64,000 bases of DNA, taken from positions 657 to 64,656 of the forward strand of contig CAZMOK010000011.1 in the NCBI GenBank assembly GCA_964567785.1, written 5' to 3'. The notes below the pieces were generated by a model that made no database searches, was not told the DNA's origin, and saw only the letters and a list, made by a program, of their open reading frames with translations. Numbering within the stretch: the first letter of the stretch is position 1; every line of letters starts with the position of its first letter. Below are positions 18,501-25,800 of the stretch, piece by piece. The DNA comes from an uncultured Bacteroidales bacterium (GTDB lineage: Bacteria > Bacteroidota > Bacteroidia > Bacteroidales > JAGOPY01). The position numbers were made by a program, and so were the translations under genes.

Positions 18501-19277
18501 TATCCGAAGGATTACACCTCATTTAACAACATTGACTTCGGTACTGTGAAAGGGTTTACCATTCAGTACGACCTCAGGAGAACAGGTAATGTGGCATTGC
18601 AGGCATTCTACACACTTCAGTTTGCAGACGCAACCGGTTCATCAGAAACAACAACAGCAGCTCTCGTTGCTTCAGGTCTTCCAAATCTTCGTTCAACCTT
18701 CCCGATCGAGGATGACCGTCGTCATAACTTCAACATTTTCCTCGATTTCAGGTGGGCCGACGGAGCTGACTACAACGGACCTGTTACCAGGAGGGAAGGA
18801 TCAGGAAAACCGCCTATCCAGTGGTTGAAGAACACAGGATTCACAGTCACCATGACCGGTGGTTCAGGAACACCTTATACTCAAGCGAGGAATGTGACCG
18901 GAATCAATCAGGCCGGAAACAACCTTGTAAAAGGTTCTTATTTCGGATCAAGACTGCCATGGTCCTTCAGGGTCAACTTAACTCTTGATAAGGATATTTA
19001 TTTCAACCTTGGAAAAGGCGAGGACAAAAGGCAGGCATCCCTTAATGTTTACCTGCGTGTAAATAACCTCCTCAACTCCAAGAATATCCTGAGTGTATAT
19101 CCATATACTGGAAATCCTGATGATGATGGTTACCTCACAGCCCCCGAATGGCAAAAACAGATCAGCGAGCAGTTGAGTGAAGAAGCTTACAGGGACCTTT
19201 ACTCTATTGCGGTGAACAGGCCCTGGAACTATGCGTCACCCAGAACGATCCGCCTCGGGATGATCCTGAATTTCTAA
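15564..19277 (+). CDS. TonB-dependent receptor with N-terminal carboxypeptidase-regulatory-like domain
   Basis: The track ORF starts at GTG 15558; I prefer ATG 15564 (MLRNLLLTTGFVLLSCLYAFSQ). It has a CarboxypepD_reg pattern (GKITDKETGEPLPFVNIVV..DGKYVI..LPPGRYDV) and a plug (VTSEQIAKMP, IDGIRVRG, GGVPAQYGDATGGIINVTTK). A very long barrel ends in the aromatic ...RLGMILNF. Confidence 0.85.
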   Translation: MLRNLLLTTGFVLLSCLYAFSQQGALQGKITDKETGEPLPFVNIVVEVGGTQMGGASSDFDGKYVIKPLPPGRYDVKATYVGYKPLLIRGVGIAADKITFYDIQMESTAQTLETFEVVDYKVPLISKDQTTSGGSVTSEQIAKMPNRNANSIATTVGGVFSRDGERGRVRGARSDATVMFIDGIRVRGSSNLPAQAIEQVDVVLGGVPAQYGDATGGIINVTTKGPSRKFGMGVEVESSQFLDAFGYNRVGLNLNGPLFSRKDEEGNRTTSLLGFFLAGDFTYRRDSRPVISDIYKVKDDSLRFLENNPLRPSGLGSGTFPNAAYTTFNSLEKINTNQNTPSWEVNLQGKIDVRTTETINLTFGGSYYHRDRYNWNYFHSLYNYDKNAHDVDKTWRVFGKFTQRFPTKSESDAFVKNFYYTIQADYTKNTGYQEDPDHKDDYFKYGYLGKFTTYKTPTYETRQNDTVNGQAIPEAIYLNSWDFDTLVTFDPYDYNEIIANYTTSYYDLFDDPFGNYQNLDQIQLGGGLVNGQSPGSIYGLWGAPGTIQTGYSQYDNSQIGINASGAADFGNHELKFGIQYDQRIDRFFAYAPQRFWTLMRQLTNFHIRELDIENPFIVPGSDLDTVKYYRNYDQLTQRTFDINLRKKLGLPVDGVDFIDIDSYDYNTHSINYYDKNGKLHTINYGENLFTIDMFSADELWNDGISSYTNYRGYDYKGNKLEARPSFEDFFTKTDENGDFTRDIGAYEPIYVAGYIQDKFAFRDLIFNVGLRVDRFDANQMVLKDPYLLYEAYTAGEVSEISGTPVEHPDNIGGDHVVYIDNVNNPTRVVGYRSEGVWFNAAGDEILDPNVLDVGSGISPYIVDPSIERPTVDAFEDYEPQWNWMPRISFSFPISDEALFFAHYDVLTQRPRGNIFANPSTYYFFDNISGTINNPNLKPEQTIDYEVGFQQKLTNTSSLKLVAFYREQRGMLQIFRFNGAYPKDYTSFNNIDFGTVKGFTIQYDLRRTGNVALQAFYTLQFADATGSSETTTAALVASGLPNLRSTFPIEDDRRHNFNIFLDFRWADGADYNGPVTRREGSGKPPIQWLKNTGFTVTMTGGSGTPYTQARNVTGINQAGNNLVKGSYFGSRLPWSFRVNLTLDKDIYFNLGKGEDKRQASLNVYLRVNNLLNSKNILSVYPYTGNPDDDGYLTAPEWQKQISEQLSEEAYRDLYSIAVNRPWNYASPRTIRLGMILNF

Positions 19278-19314
19278 ACTTTTTTGAATAACAGAATATA
19301 CAGCTATTAAAATA

Positions 19315-22300
19315 ATGATCAAAATGAGGAACATATTCAAAGTATTACTACTCGGCTTATTTTGCTTCCTTATAACTGAAGTTACTATTGCTGAAGAGCA
19401 CATTGGATTTAACAAAAAGAAATCGAAAGAAGTGAAGGCCAGTGCTGCCGGATGTTCCGCCGCCTCAGGCTTCCGCTTCCTCGACATCAACAATGTCAGG
19501 GCGAGGATAAACACCGGTGGAGACATGTGGTGGGACCTCCCGGGCGGTATCGGTGCCCAGTATTACATCCCCAAGACAGGCTCTGCCACCTCTATGTTCT
19601 CTGGTTCATTATGGATCGGTGGCCTCGACATCAATAACCAGCTGAAACTGGCTGCTGTCAGGTACCGCCAGGTAGGTAATGATTACTGGCCCGGACCTTT
19701 GACAGTCGACGGAACTGCTGCCATTGAACAGGAAACATGTGCCAAATATGACGAGCACTTTATCATGACCAGGGCCGAAGTTGACCTGTTCCTTGAATGG
19801 TACAACAGTGATAATAAGGCAGAAGATTTCCCCGGTTATACCATCCCGCAGTCGATCCTTGACTGGCCCGCCCATGGTGATGTTGCCCTGGGACAAAGTT
19901 ACTATCTGGCACCATTCTTCGATGCAGATGGTGATGGCAATTACGATCCAAATAACGGGGATTATCCTTATTATGACCTCGACAACGAACTTTGTCCGAT
20001 CAACTATGCCGATGACCCGAATTACGTTCCGGCAAGGACTATGGAGGAGGAACTGACCGAATACCCGGTGCCTTTAAAGGGAAGCATCCTCGTCGACCAG
20101 GTGATCAAAGGGGACCAGACCCTTTGGTGGGTGTTCAACGACAAAGGTAACGCCCATACAGAAACCCAGGGGGCTCCCATTGGTATGGAGATCAGGGGCC
20201 AGGCATTTGCCTTCGCAACTAACGATGTGATCAATAACATGACCTTTTACAGCTATGAGATCATCAACCGTTCAACTTTTGAGCTGACCAATACATTCTT
20301 CAGCCCATGGGTTGACACCGACCTCGGTTATGCGTTTGACGACTTTGTAGGTTGTGATGTACTGAGAGGGCTCGGCTATTGCTATAACGGTGTCGATATA
20401 GACGGCAGCGGTGAGCCGGAATCATATGGTGCACAACCACCTGCTGTTGGAGTTGACTTCTTTCAGGGGCCATATATTGATCCCGATGGCTTTGATAATC
20501 CTGCTTTCCAGGGAGGAACACCCGAAGGTTGCGCAGCACTCGGACAGGGCCCAAACTTTGAAGTTGACCAGATGGCCATTAACGGCGTGAACTTCGGAAA
20601 TGATATTGTAGATGATGAAAGATATGGTATGCGCCGTTTTGTATATCATATTAATTGTAATGGCTCTCCCTGGTGCGATCCTGATATTGCACCCGAATAT
20701 TATAACTTCCTGCGTGGTATCTGGCAGGATAACACCAAAATGCTTTATGGAGGTAACGCACATGTTAATTCAGGTGCTTCAGGAAGGGAATGTGACTTCA
20801 TGTTCCCGGGCGATTCCGACCCCTGTAACTGGGGAACCAACTTCCAGCCTCCCGGTGATGGTTACAATCAGAACGGTAAATACTGGACTGAAGTGGAAGC
20901 CGGGAACAATCCCGACGACAGGCGGTTTATGCAGTCGGCAGGTCCTTTCACCCTGAAACCGGGTGCCGTAAACTATATTACCGTAGGTATCCCCTGGGCA
21001 CGCGCTGCCTCAGGCGGACCGGAAGCCTCTGTTGAGCTACTCAGGATTGTCGATGACAAATGCCAGGCGCTCTTCGACAACTGTTTTAAAGTTATTGATG
21101 GCCCAAGTGCACCGGATCTCGTGATCCAGGAACTTGACAAGCAATTCATTTTCTATCTGACAAACAGCCCTCTGTCAAACAATTATAAAGAACAATACGA
21201 AGAATTTGACCCGAATATCATTCAGCCGCTGCCCGGCCAGCCCGACGAAAGAAGCGACTCAGTATATCGTTTTGAAGGTTACCAGATATTCCAGCTCAGG
21301 GATGCCAATGTAACCCTCGGTGCTGCCAAGGATGAGTTCGGAAATTATAACCCCGACCTTGTAAGGCTCGTTGCCCAGTTTGATGTTAATAACGGAGTTA
21401 CACAAATTGTAAACCATTATTTCAACAAAGCAATTGGCTTTAATGTTCCGGTTGTGGAGGTTGAAGGTGGTGATGAAGGCATCAACCATTCATTTGTGAT
21501 AACTGAAGATGCATTTGCCACCGGTGATAAAAGGCTTGTCAACCACAAGCAGTATTATTATACCGCAGTGGCTTATGCCTATAATGAATACCTGCCCTAC
21601 GACCCTGAAGACGTAAATGGTAAACTCGGGCAGAAAACACCCTATCTTGCTGGTCGTAAGAACATCAAGGTTTACACCGGTATTCCCCATATCCCGCTTT
21701 ATTCGGAGCGTACAACTTCTTCCAACGCACAGTATGGCGACGGTGTTGAGATAACAAGACTCGAAGGTCAGGGCAATGACGGGGTCATTATCGACCTTAG
21801 CGAAGAGACCATTGAAGATATCCTTTCCAGGCAGCCAGCCGGCGCTGTGGTTGACGGAGATACCGTTAAGTTTGGTGATCCTGAGTATCCGCTGGCCTAT
21901 CAGGCTAAATATGTAAAAGGAAAAGGGCCAATATCCATAAAGGTCGTTGATCCTCTTAACCTCAAGCAGGGTAAGTACAAACTAATGTTCGATTCGCTCT
22001 TCATGGAGAAGAACTTTGATGTTACCGGTACTGAAGGTCTTGTTGCCGGAGGAGATACAGCAAGCTATGCTTCAGGTACATGGAAGCTCATCGATATGAA
22101 TACGAACGAAGTGGTGCCTGGTGACGTCCCGATCCACGATCAGAACGAACAGTTGTTCCCTGACCTGGGAATCTCGATTTCCATGAAATCGATTTATGAG
22201 CCGGGGCCCTATAAGATAGGCGAAAAGCAGGATCAGTCGAGCTTTATTTCCATTTATGACAATCTTGCCCAAAACAACGGGTTGCTTGAATCTTCCCTTA

Positions 22301-23694
22301 CTTTTGCCGATAGTTCAAGGCAATGGCTCACCGGGGTGCAGGACAATGATGTACCCGGAAGCCCGCAGAACTGGATAAGGGCCGGTACATATACAGGTGG
22401 TATTGCAGGTTCAGGCGACTGGAACATGCCCTCGAAACCACTCGATCCCAATGGTGCTTACGAGAAAATCGTTAACGGTACATGGACGCCTTATGTCCTG
22501 ACAGCAGCCGGAGAACAGAGCGATGTAGGTCCGGCTTACAGTCTCCAGTCGAAAACCATGCCTATGGCAGATCTCTCAAGTGTCGACATTGTTATGACTT
22601 CCGACAGGAGCAAATGGACCAGGGCGGTGGTACTGGAAATGTCACCGGATGAAACACTCTCCGAAGGAAACGTTGAAAGGTTCAAGTTCCGTGCCGGCCA
22701 GTCTGTTGATAAGGATGGAAATCCCGCAGAAATCGGCAGCGGGCCAAGCGAAGATCCTGACGACCCGAACTACATAGCAGAAACCGGTATGGGATGGTTC
22801 CCCGGATATGCTATCAATGTAGAAACCGGTGAGAGGCTTAATATTGCCTATGGTGAAGACAGCTACCTGTCGCGACAGAACGGCAGGGATATGGTTTTCA
22901 ATCCCACAAGCCAATTATACGACCCGGTTGACTTTAACCCTGTATTCGGAGGGAAGCATTATGTTTACGTAATGGCTTCTGCCACCAGGGATATCAATGA
23001 TTCAGTTTACAATTTCCCGCCCTACGACGCGGGCAGGTTCATCCGCTACGGATACGATCTGTATGAATTACCTGACTTTCTCTATGAGATAACGTGGTTC
23101 TCCACAGTGATGTGGGTTGGTATGCCTCTGCCTTTAAATGAGGAACTCTGGCTGTCGAATGAAGCAAAGATCAGGATCAGGCTCGGAAAATCCTATGAGA
23201 GGTTTTACTCCCAGCCACTGGACTCTACTGCTATTGCAAATTCAGAGAATGGACATTTTCCATTGTATGAATTCGAAACAAAAGGCTTCACCGAGATCAG
23301 CCAGGAGGTAGTTGCAGAGAACGAGCTCGACCTTATCAAGGTTGTCCCGAATCCCTATTATGCTTATGCAGGCGGGCCGGGATATGAGAGGAATACCCTT
23401 GATAACAGGGTCAAGATCACAAATATCCCTGAACAGTGTACAATCACCATTTACAATGTGAGCGGTACCCTTGTAAGGCAGTATAAAGTTGATAAAGGCG
23501 GCATTGTGAACCCGAGGTCTGCCACTGCGGGCGTTGAAACCGATGCCAAAACATCGATCGATTGGGACCTGAAGAATTTTGCAGGTGTCCCTGTTGCCGG
23601 TGGGGTCTACATTATTCATGTTAAGTCCGATTATGGAGAAAAAGTTGTGAAATGGTTCGGAGGTCTGCGTCCTCCTGATCTCAACGTCTTTTAA
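19315..23694 (+). CDS. large secreted protein of unknown function with T9SS-type C-terminal sorting domain
   Basis: 1459 aa with a signal peptide (FKVLLLGLFCFLITEVTIA) and the Ca-loop-like DADGDGNYDPNNGDYP. I recognise no catalytic motif. The last ~90 aa follow the T9SS CTD pattern: VVPNPYY...CTITIYNVSGTLVRQY...IDWDLKNFAGVPVAGGVYIIHVKSDYGEKVVKWFG. Confidence 0.6.
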   Translation: MIKMRNIFKVLLLGLFCFLITEVTIAEEHIGFNKKKSKEVKASAAGCSAASGFRFLDINNVRARINTGGDMWWDLPGGIGAQYYIPKTGSATSMFSGSLWIGGLDINNQLKLAAVRYRQVGNDYWPGPLTVDGTAAIEQETCAKYDEHFIMTRAEVDLFLEWYNSDNKAEDFPGYTIPQSILDWPAHGDVALGQSYYLAPFFDADGDGNYDPNNGDYPYYDLDNELCPINYADDPNYVPARTMEEELTEYPVPLKGSILVDQVIKGDQTLWWVFNDKGNAHTETQGAPIGMEIRGQAFAFATNDVINNMTFYSYEIINRSTFELTNTFFSPWVDTDLGYAFDDFVGCDVLRGLGYCYNGVDIDGSGEPESYGAQPPAVGVDFFQGPYIDPDGFDNPAFQGGTPEGCAALGQGPNFEVDQMAINGVNFGNDIVDDERYGMRRFVYHINCNGSPWCDPDIAPEYYNFLRGIWQDNTKMLYGGNAHVNSGASGRECDFMFPGDSDPCNWGTNFQPPGDGYNQNGKYWTEVEAGNNPDDRRFMQSAGPFTLKPGAVNYITVGIPWARAASGGPEASVELLRIVDDKCQALFDNCFKVIDGPSAPDLVIQELDKQFIFYLTNSPLSNNYKEQYEEFDPNIIQPLPGQPDERSDSVYRFEGYQIFQLRDANVTLGAAKDEFGNYNPDLVRLVAQFDVNNGVTQIVNHYFNKAIGFNVPVVEVEGGDEGINHSFVITEDAFATGDKRLVNHKQYYYTAVAYAYNEYLPYDPEDVNGKLGQKTPYLAGRKNIKVYTGIPHIPLYSERTTSSNAQYGDGVEITRLEGQGNDGVIIDLSEETIEDILSRQPAGAVVDGDTVKFGDPEYPLAYQAKYVKGKGPISIKVVDPLNLKQGKYKLMFDSLFMEKNFDVTGTEGLVAGGDTASYASGTWKLIDMNTNEVVPGDVPIHDQNEQLFPDLGISISMKSIYEPGPYKIGEKQDQSSFISIYDNLAQNNGLLESSLTFADSSRQWLTGVQDNDVPGSPQNWIRAGTYTGGIAGSGDWNMPSKPLDPNGAYEKIVNGTWTPYVLTAAGEQSDVGPAYSLQSKTMPMADLSSVDIVMTSDRSKWTRAVVLEMSPDETLSEGNVERFKFRAGQSVDKDGNPAEIGSGPSEDPDDPNYIAETGMGWFPGYAINVETGERLNIAYGEDSYLSRQNGRDMVFNPTSQLYDPVDFNPVFGGKHYVYVMASATRDINDSVYNFPPYDAGRFIRYGYDLYELPDFLYEITWFSTVMWVGMPLPLNEELWLSNEAKIRIRLGKSYERFYSQPLDSTAIANSENGHFPLYEFETKGFTEISQEVVAENELDLIKVVPNPYYAYAGGPGYERNTLDNRVKITNIPEQCTITIYNVSGTLVRQYKVDKGGIVNPRSATAGVETDAKTSIDWDLKNFAGVPVAGGVYIIHVKSDYGEKVVKWFGGLRPPDLNVF

Positions 23695-23743
23695 TAAAAC
23701 TACGAATCAAGAACTATTTGCGATAAAATAAACCTATCCTGAT

Positions 23744-24811
23744 ATGAAGAACTTTTATAGAACGCTCATTGCCTCAGTGTTGATCATAGCATTGATACTT
23801 CCAGTCTCGCAGGTTTATGCCGGTAATAAGGACAGATCGGGCCAGGCAGGAGCCCCGGAGCTTCTGATCAATCCCTGGTCAAGAAGCTCCGGTTGGGCCA
23901 GTGCCAGCACTTCACGTGTGGTAGGCCTTGAGAGCCTCTTTGCCAATGTGGCCGGAATGGCCTTTACTAAAAAGACAGAAGTTGCATTTACTTATACCGA
24001 CTGGCTTAAAGGTACTGGTATCAACGTCATCAATTTTGGGTTGGCCCAGCGGCTCGGAGAAAGCAGCGTAATAGGATTCAACGTAATGTCTATGTCGTTT
24101 GGCGATCTTGATGTCACTACCGTAGAACAACCCGAAGGTACAGGAGCAACTTTCAAACCTAATCTGCTGAACGTTAATGTTTCCTTCTCAAAGGCCTTTT
24201 CGAACAGCATATATGGTGGAATTAACTTTAAGGTGATATCCCACTCAATCCCGGATGCCAGTGCCAGTGGAATAGGCATTGATGCCGGCGTTATGTATGT
24301 GACCGGTGAGAGGGACCAGGCAAGATTTGGTGTTGCACTCAAAAATATCGGACCAAAGATGAAGTATACAGGTGATGGCTTTTCCATCAAAGCCCTCTTC
24401 GAAAGCAGTGATTATTCAGTGACAGTTCACCAGAGGTCGGAAAGTTTTGAATTGCCAACCCAGCTCCGTATCGGTGCCTCTTACGATTTCCTTCTCGGTG
24501 AAAGTAACAGGCTCACTGTGGCCGGATCATTCATCTCCAATTCGTTCACCAAAGACCAGTTTGTACTCGGTGCGGAATTCAGCCTTTTCGATTACCTGAT
24601 GCTGAGGGCCGGATATACCTATGAGTCGGATATCACTGAAGATATCGAAAACACCAACAGGACAAACGTCTACAACGGACCAAGTTTCGGTGCATCCGTA
24701 CAGGTTCCTTTCAACAAGGAAACGGGCGCAGGATTCGCTATCGATTATTCCTATCAGACAACCTCCCACTTCAAGGGAACGCACGTGATCGGGGTAAAAA
24801 TTGGTCTCTGA
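23744..24811 (+). CDS. PorV/PorQ-family (FadL-like) outer-membrane beta-barrel protein
   Basis: 355 aa with a signal peptide. The N-terminal GQAGAPELLINPWSRSSGWASASTSRVVGLESLFANVAGMAF follows the PorV/PorQ signature. Alternating beta-strand pattern continues to the C-terminus ...GTHVIGVKIGL. Confidence 0.6.
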   Translation: MKNFYRTLIASVLIIALILPVSQVYAGNKDRSGQAGAPELLINPWSRSSGWASASTSRVVGLESLFANVAGMAFTKKTEVAFTYTDWLKGTGINVINFGLAQRLGESSVIGFNVMSMSFGDLDVTTVEQPEGTGATFKPNLLNVNVSFSKAFSNSIYGGINFKVISHSIPDASASGIGIDAGVMYVTGERDQARFGVALKNIGPKMKYTGDGFSIKALFESSDYSVTVHQRSESFELPTQLRIGASYDFLLGESNRLTVAGSFISNSFTKDQFVLGAEFSLFDYLMLRAGYTYESDITEDIENTNRTNVYNGPSFGASVQVPFNKETGAGFAIDYSYQTTSHFKGTHVIGVKIGL

Positions 24812-24836
24812 TAGCGCAAAACGCTAAGAAATTTAT

Positions 24837-24844
24837 TATATTTG
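24837..24844 (+). promoter_or_regulatory. Bacteroidota sigma-A -7 box TATATTTG (greA)
   Basis: Matches TAnnTTTG, 63 nt upstream of greA ATG 24908. The hairpin at 24856-24877 lies in between. Confidence 0.4.
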
Positions 24845-24855
24845 CAAATTCATTT

Positions 24856-24887
24856 GAGGCCCTCTCCGGAGGGTCTCATCTCTTTTT
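24856..24887 (+). terminator. intrinsic terminator-like hairpin plus T-tract
   Basis: GAGGCCCTC (24856-24864), loop TCCG, GAGGGTCTC (24869-24877) form a 9-bp stem with one G-U pair and a tetraloop. It is followed by ATCTCTTTTTAT (T5 at 24883-24887). It lies 45 nt after the PorV-like stop and 21 nt before the greA ATG. Confidence 0.6.
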
Positions 24888-24907
24888 ATGTCCAAAAGGA
24901 GGCAGTT

Positions 24908-25381
24908 ATGTCAGAAGTGAAGTATTTTACAGAAGAGGGGCTTTATAAGCTGAAGAAGGAACTGGAGCACCTCACTTCTGTTGAAAGGCCTGCCATTTCA
25001 AGGCAGATAGCAGAGGCGAGGGAAAAAGGCGATCTTTCAGAGAATGCAGAATATGATGCTGCCAAGGATGCCCAGGGGATGCTTGAAATGAAAATAGCAA
25101 AACTCCAGGAAGAGATCAGTAATGCCCGGATAATAGATGAATCCAAAATGGATAAATCCAAAGTTCTTATTCTTTCCAAAGTGAAACTTAAGAATCTGAA
25201 AAATGGGGCTACCATGGCTTATACAATTGTACCTGAAAAAGAAGCAAACCTGAAAGAATTCAAGATCAGTGTGGATTCACCCATAGCAAAGGGATTACTT
25301 GGAAGGTCGGTTGGTGATGTGGCGGAAATTGATGTTCCTGCCGGCAAAATGAAATTTGAAGTAATAGAAATTTCAAGATAA
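24908..25381 (+). CDS. greA: transcription elongation factor GreA
   Basis: The track ORF is extended upstream to TTG 24842. ATG 24908 gives the canonical 157-aa GreA: MSEVKYFTEEGLYKLKKELEHL...RPAISRQIAEAREKGDLSENAEYDAAKD. Confidence 0.9.
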   Translation: MSEVKYFTEEGLYKLKKELEHLTSVERPAISRQIAEAREKGDLSENAEYDAAKDAQGMLEMKIAKLQEEISNARIIDESKMDKSKVLILSKVKLKNLKNGATMAYTIVPEKEANLKEFKISVDSPIAKGLLGRSVGDVAEIDVPAGKMKFEVIEISR

Positions 25382-25392
25382 ACATATTCATT

Positions 25393-25800
25393 ATGGCCAG
25401 CATTTTCACCAAAATAGTCAACGGGGAGATCCCTTCTTATAAAATTGCCGAGGACGACAGGTTTTATGCATTTCTGGATATCAATCCCCTGGCTAAGGGA
25501 CATACACTTGCTATTCCCAAAAGGGAAGTGGATTACATCTTCGATATTGAAGATTCTCTTTACAAAGACCTTTGGGCTTTTGCCAGGAAAGTTGCACTGG
25601 CAATAGAAAAAGTTGTGCCATGCGAGCGAATGGGGCTCACTGTGTTAGGCCTCGAAGTTCCGCATGCCCATATACACCTGGTTCCTATCAATACAGTTTA
25701 TGATATTGATTTTAAAAAGCCGAAACTTAAACTGACCGAAGGAGAATTTGAAGAGCTTGCAGAGGAGATCAGGCAGTCATACAGGAAACTTTATCAGTAA
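25393..25800 (+). CDS. HIT-family (histidine triad) protein
   Basis: 135 aa with IFTKIVNGEIPSYKI and the histidine triad HAHIHLVP. Confidence 0.9.
   Translation: MASIFTKIVNGEIPSYKIAEDDRFYAFLDINPLAKGHTLAIPKREVDYIFDIEDSLYKDLWAFARKVALAIEKVVPCERMGLTVLGLEVPHAHIHLVPINTVYDIDFKKPKLKLTEGEFEELAEEIRQSYRKLYQ

Noticed and set aside
24842-24907. Upstream extension of GreA (track ORF from TTG 24842) and of the secreted protein ORF (6885-6926).
   Set aside because: The GreA extension contains the promoter box and the terminator hairpin. Canonical GreA begins at MSEVKYF. The 6885-6926 extension precedes a clean signal peptide and deepens the gene overlap.
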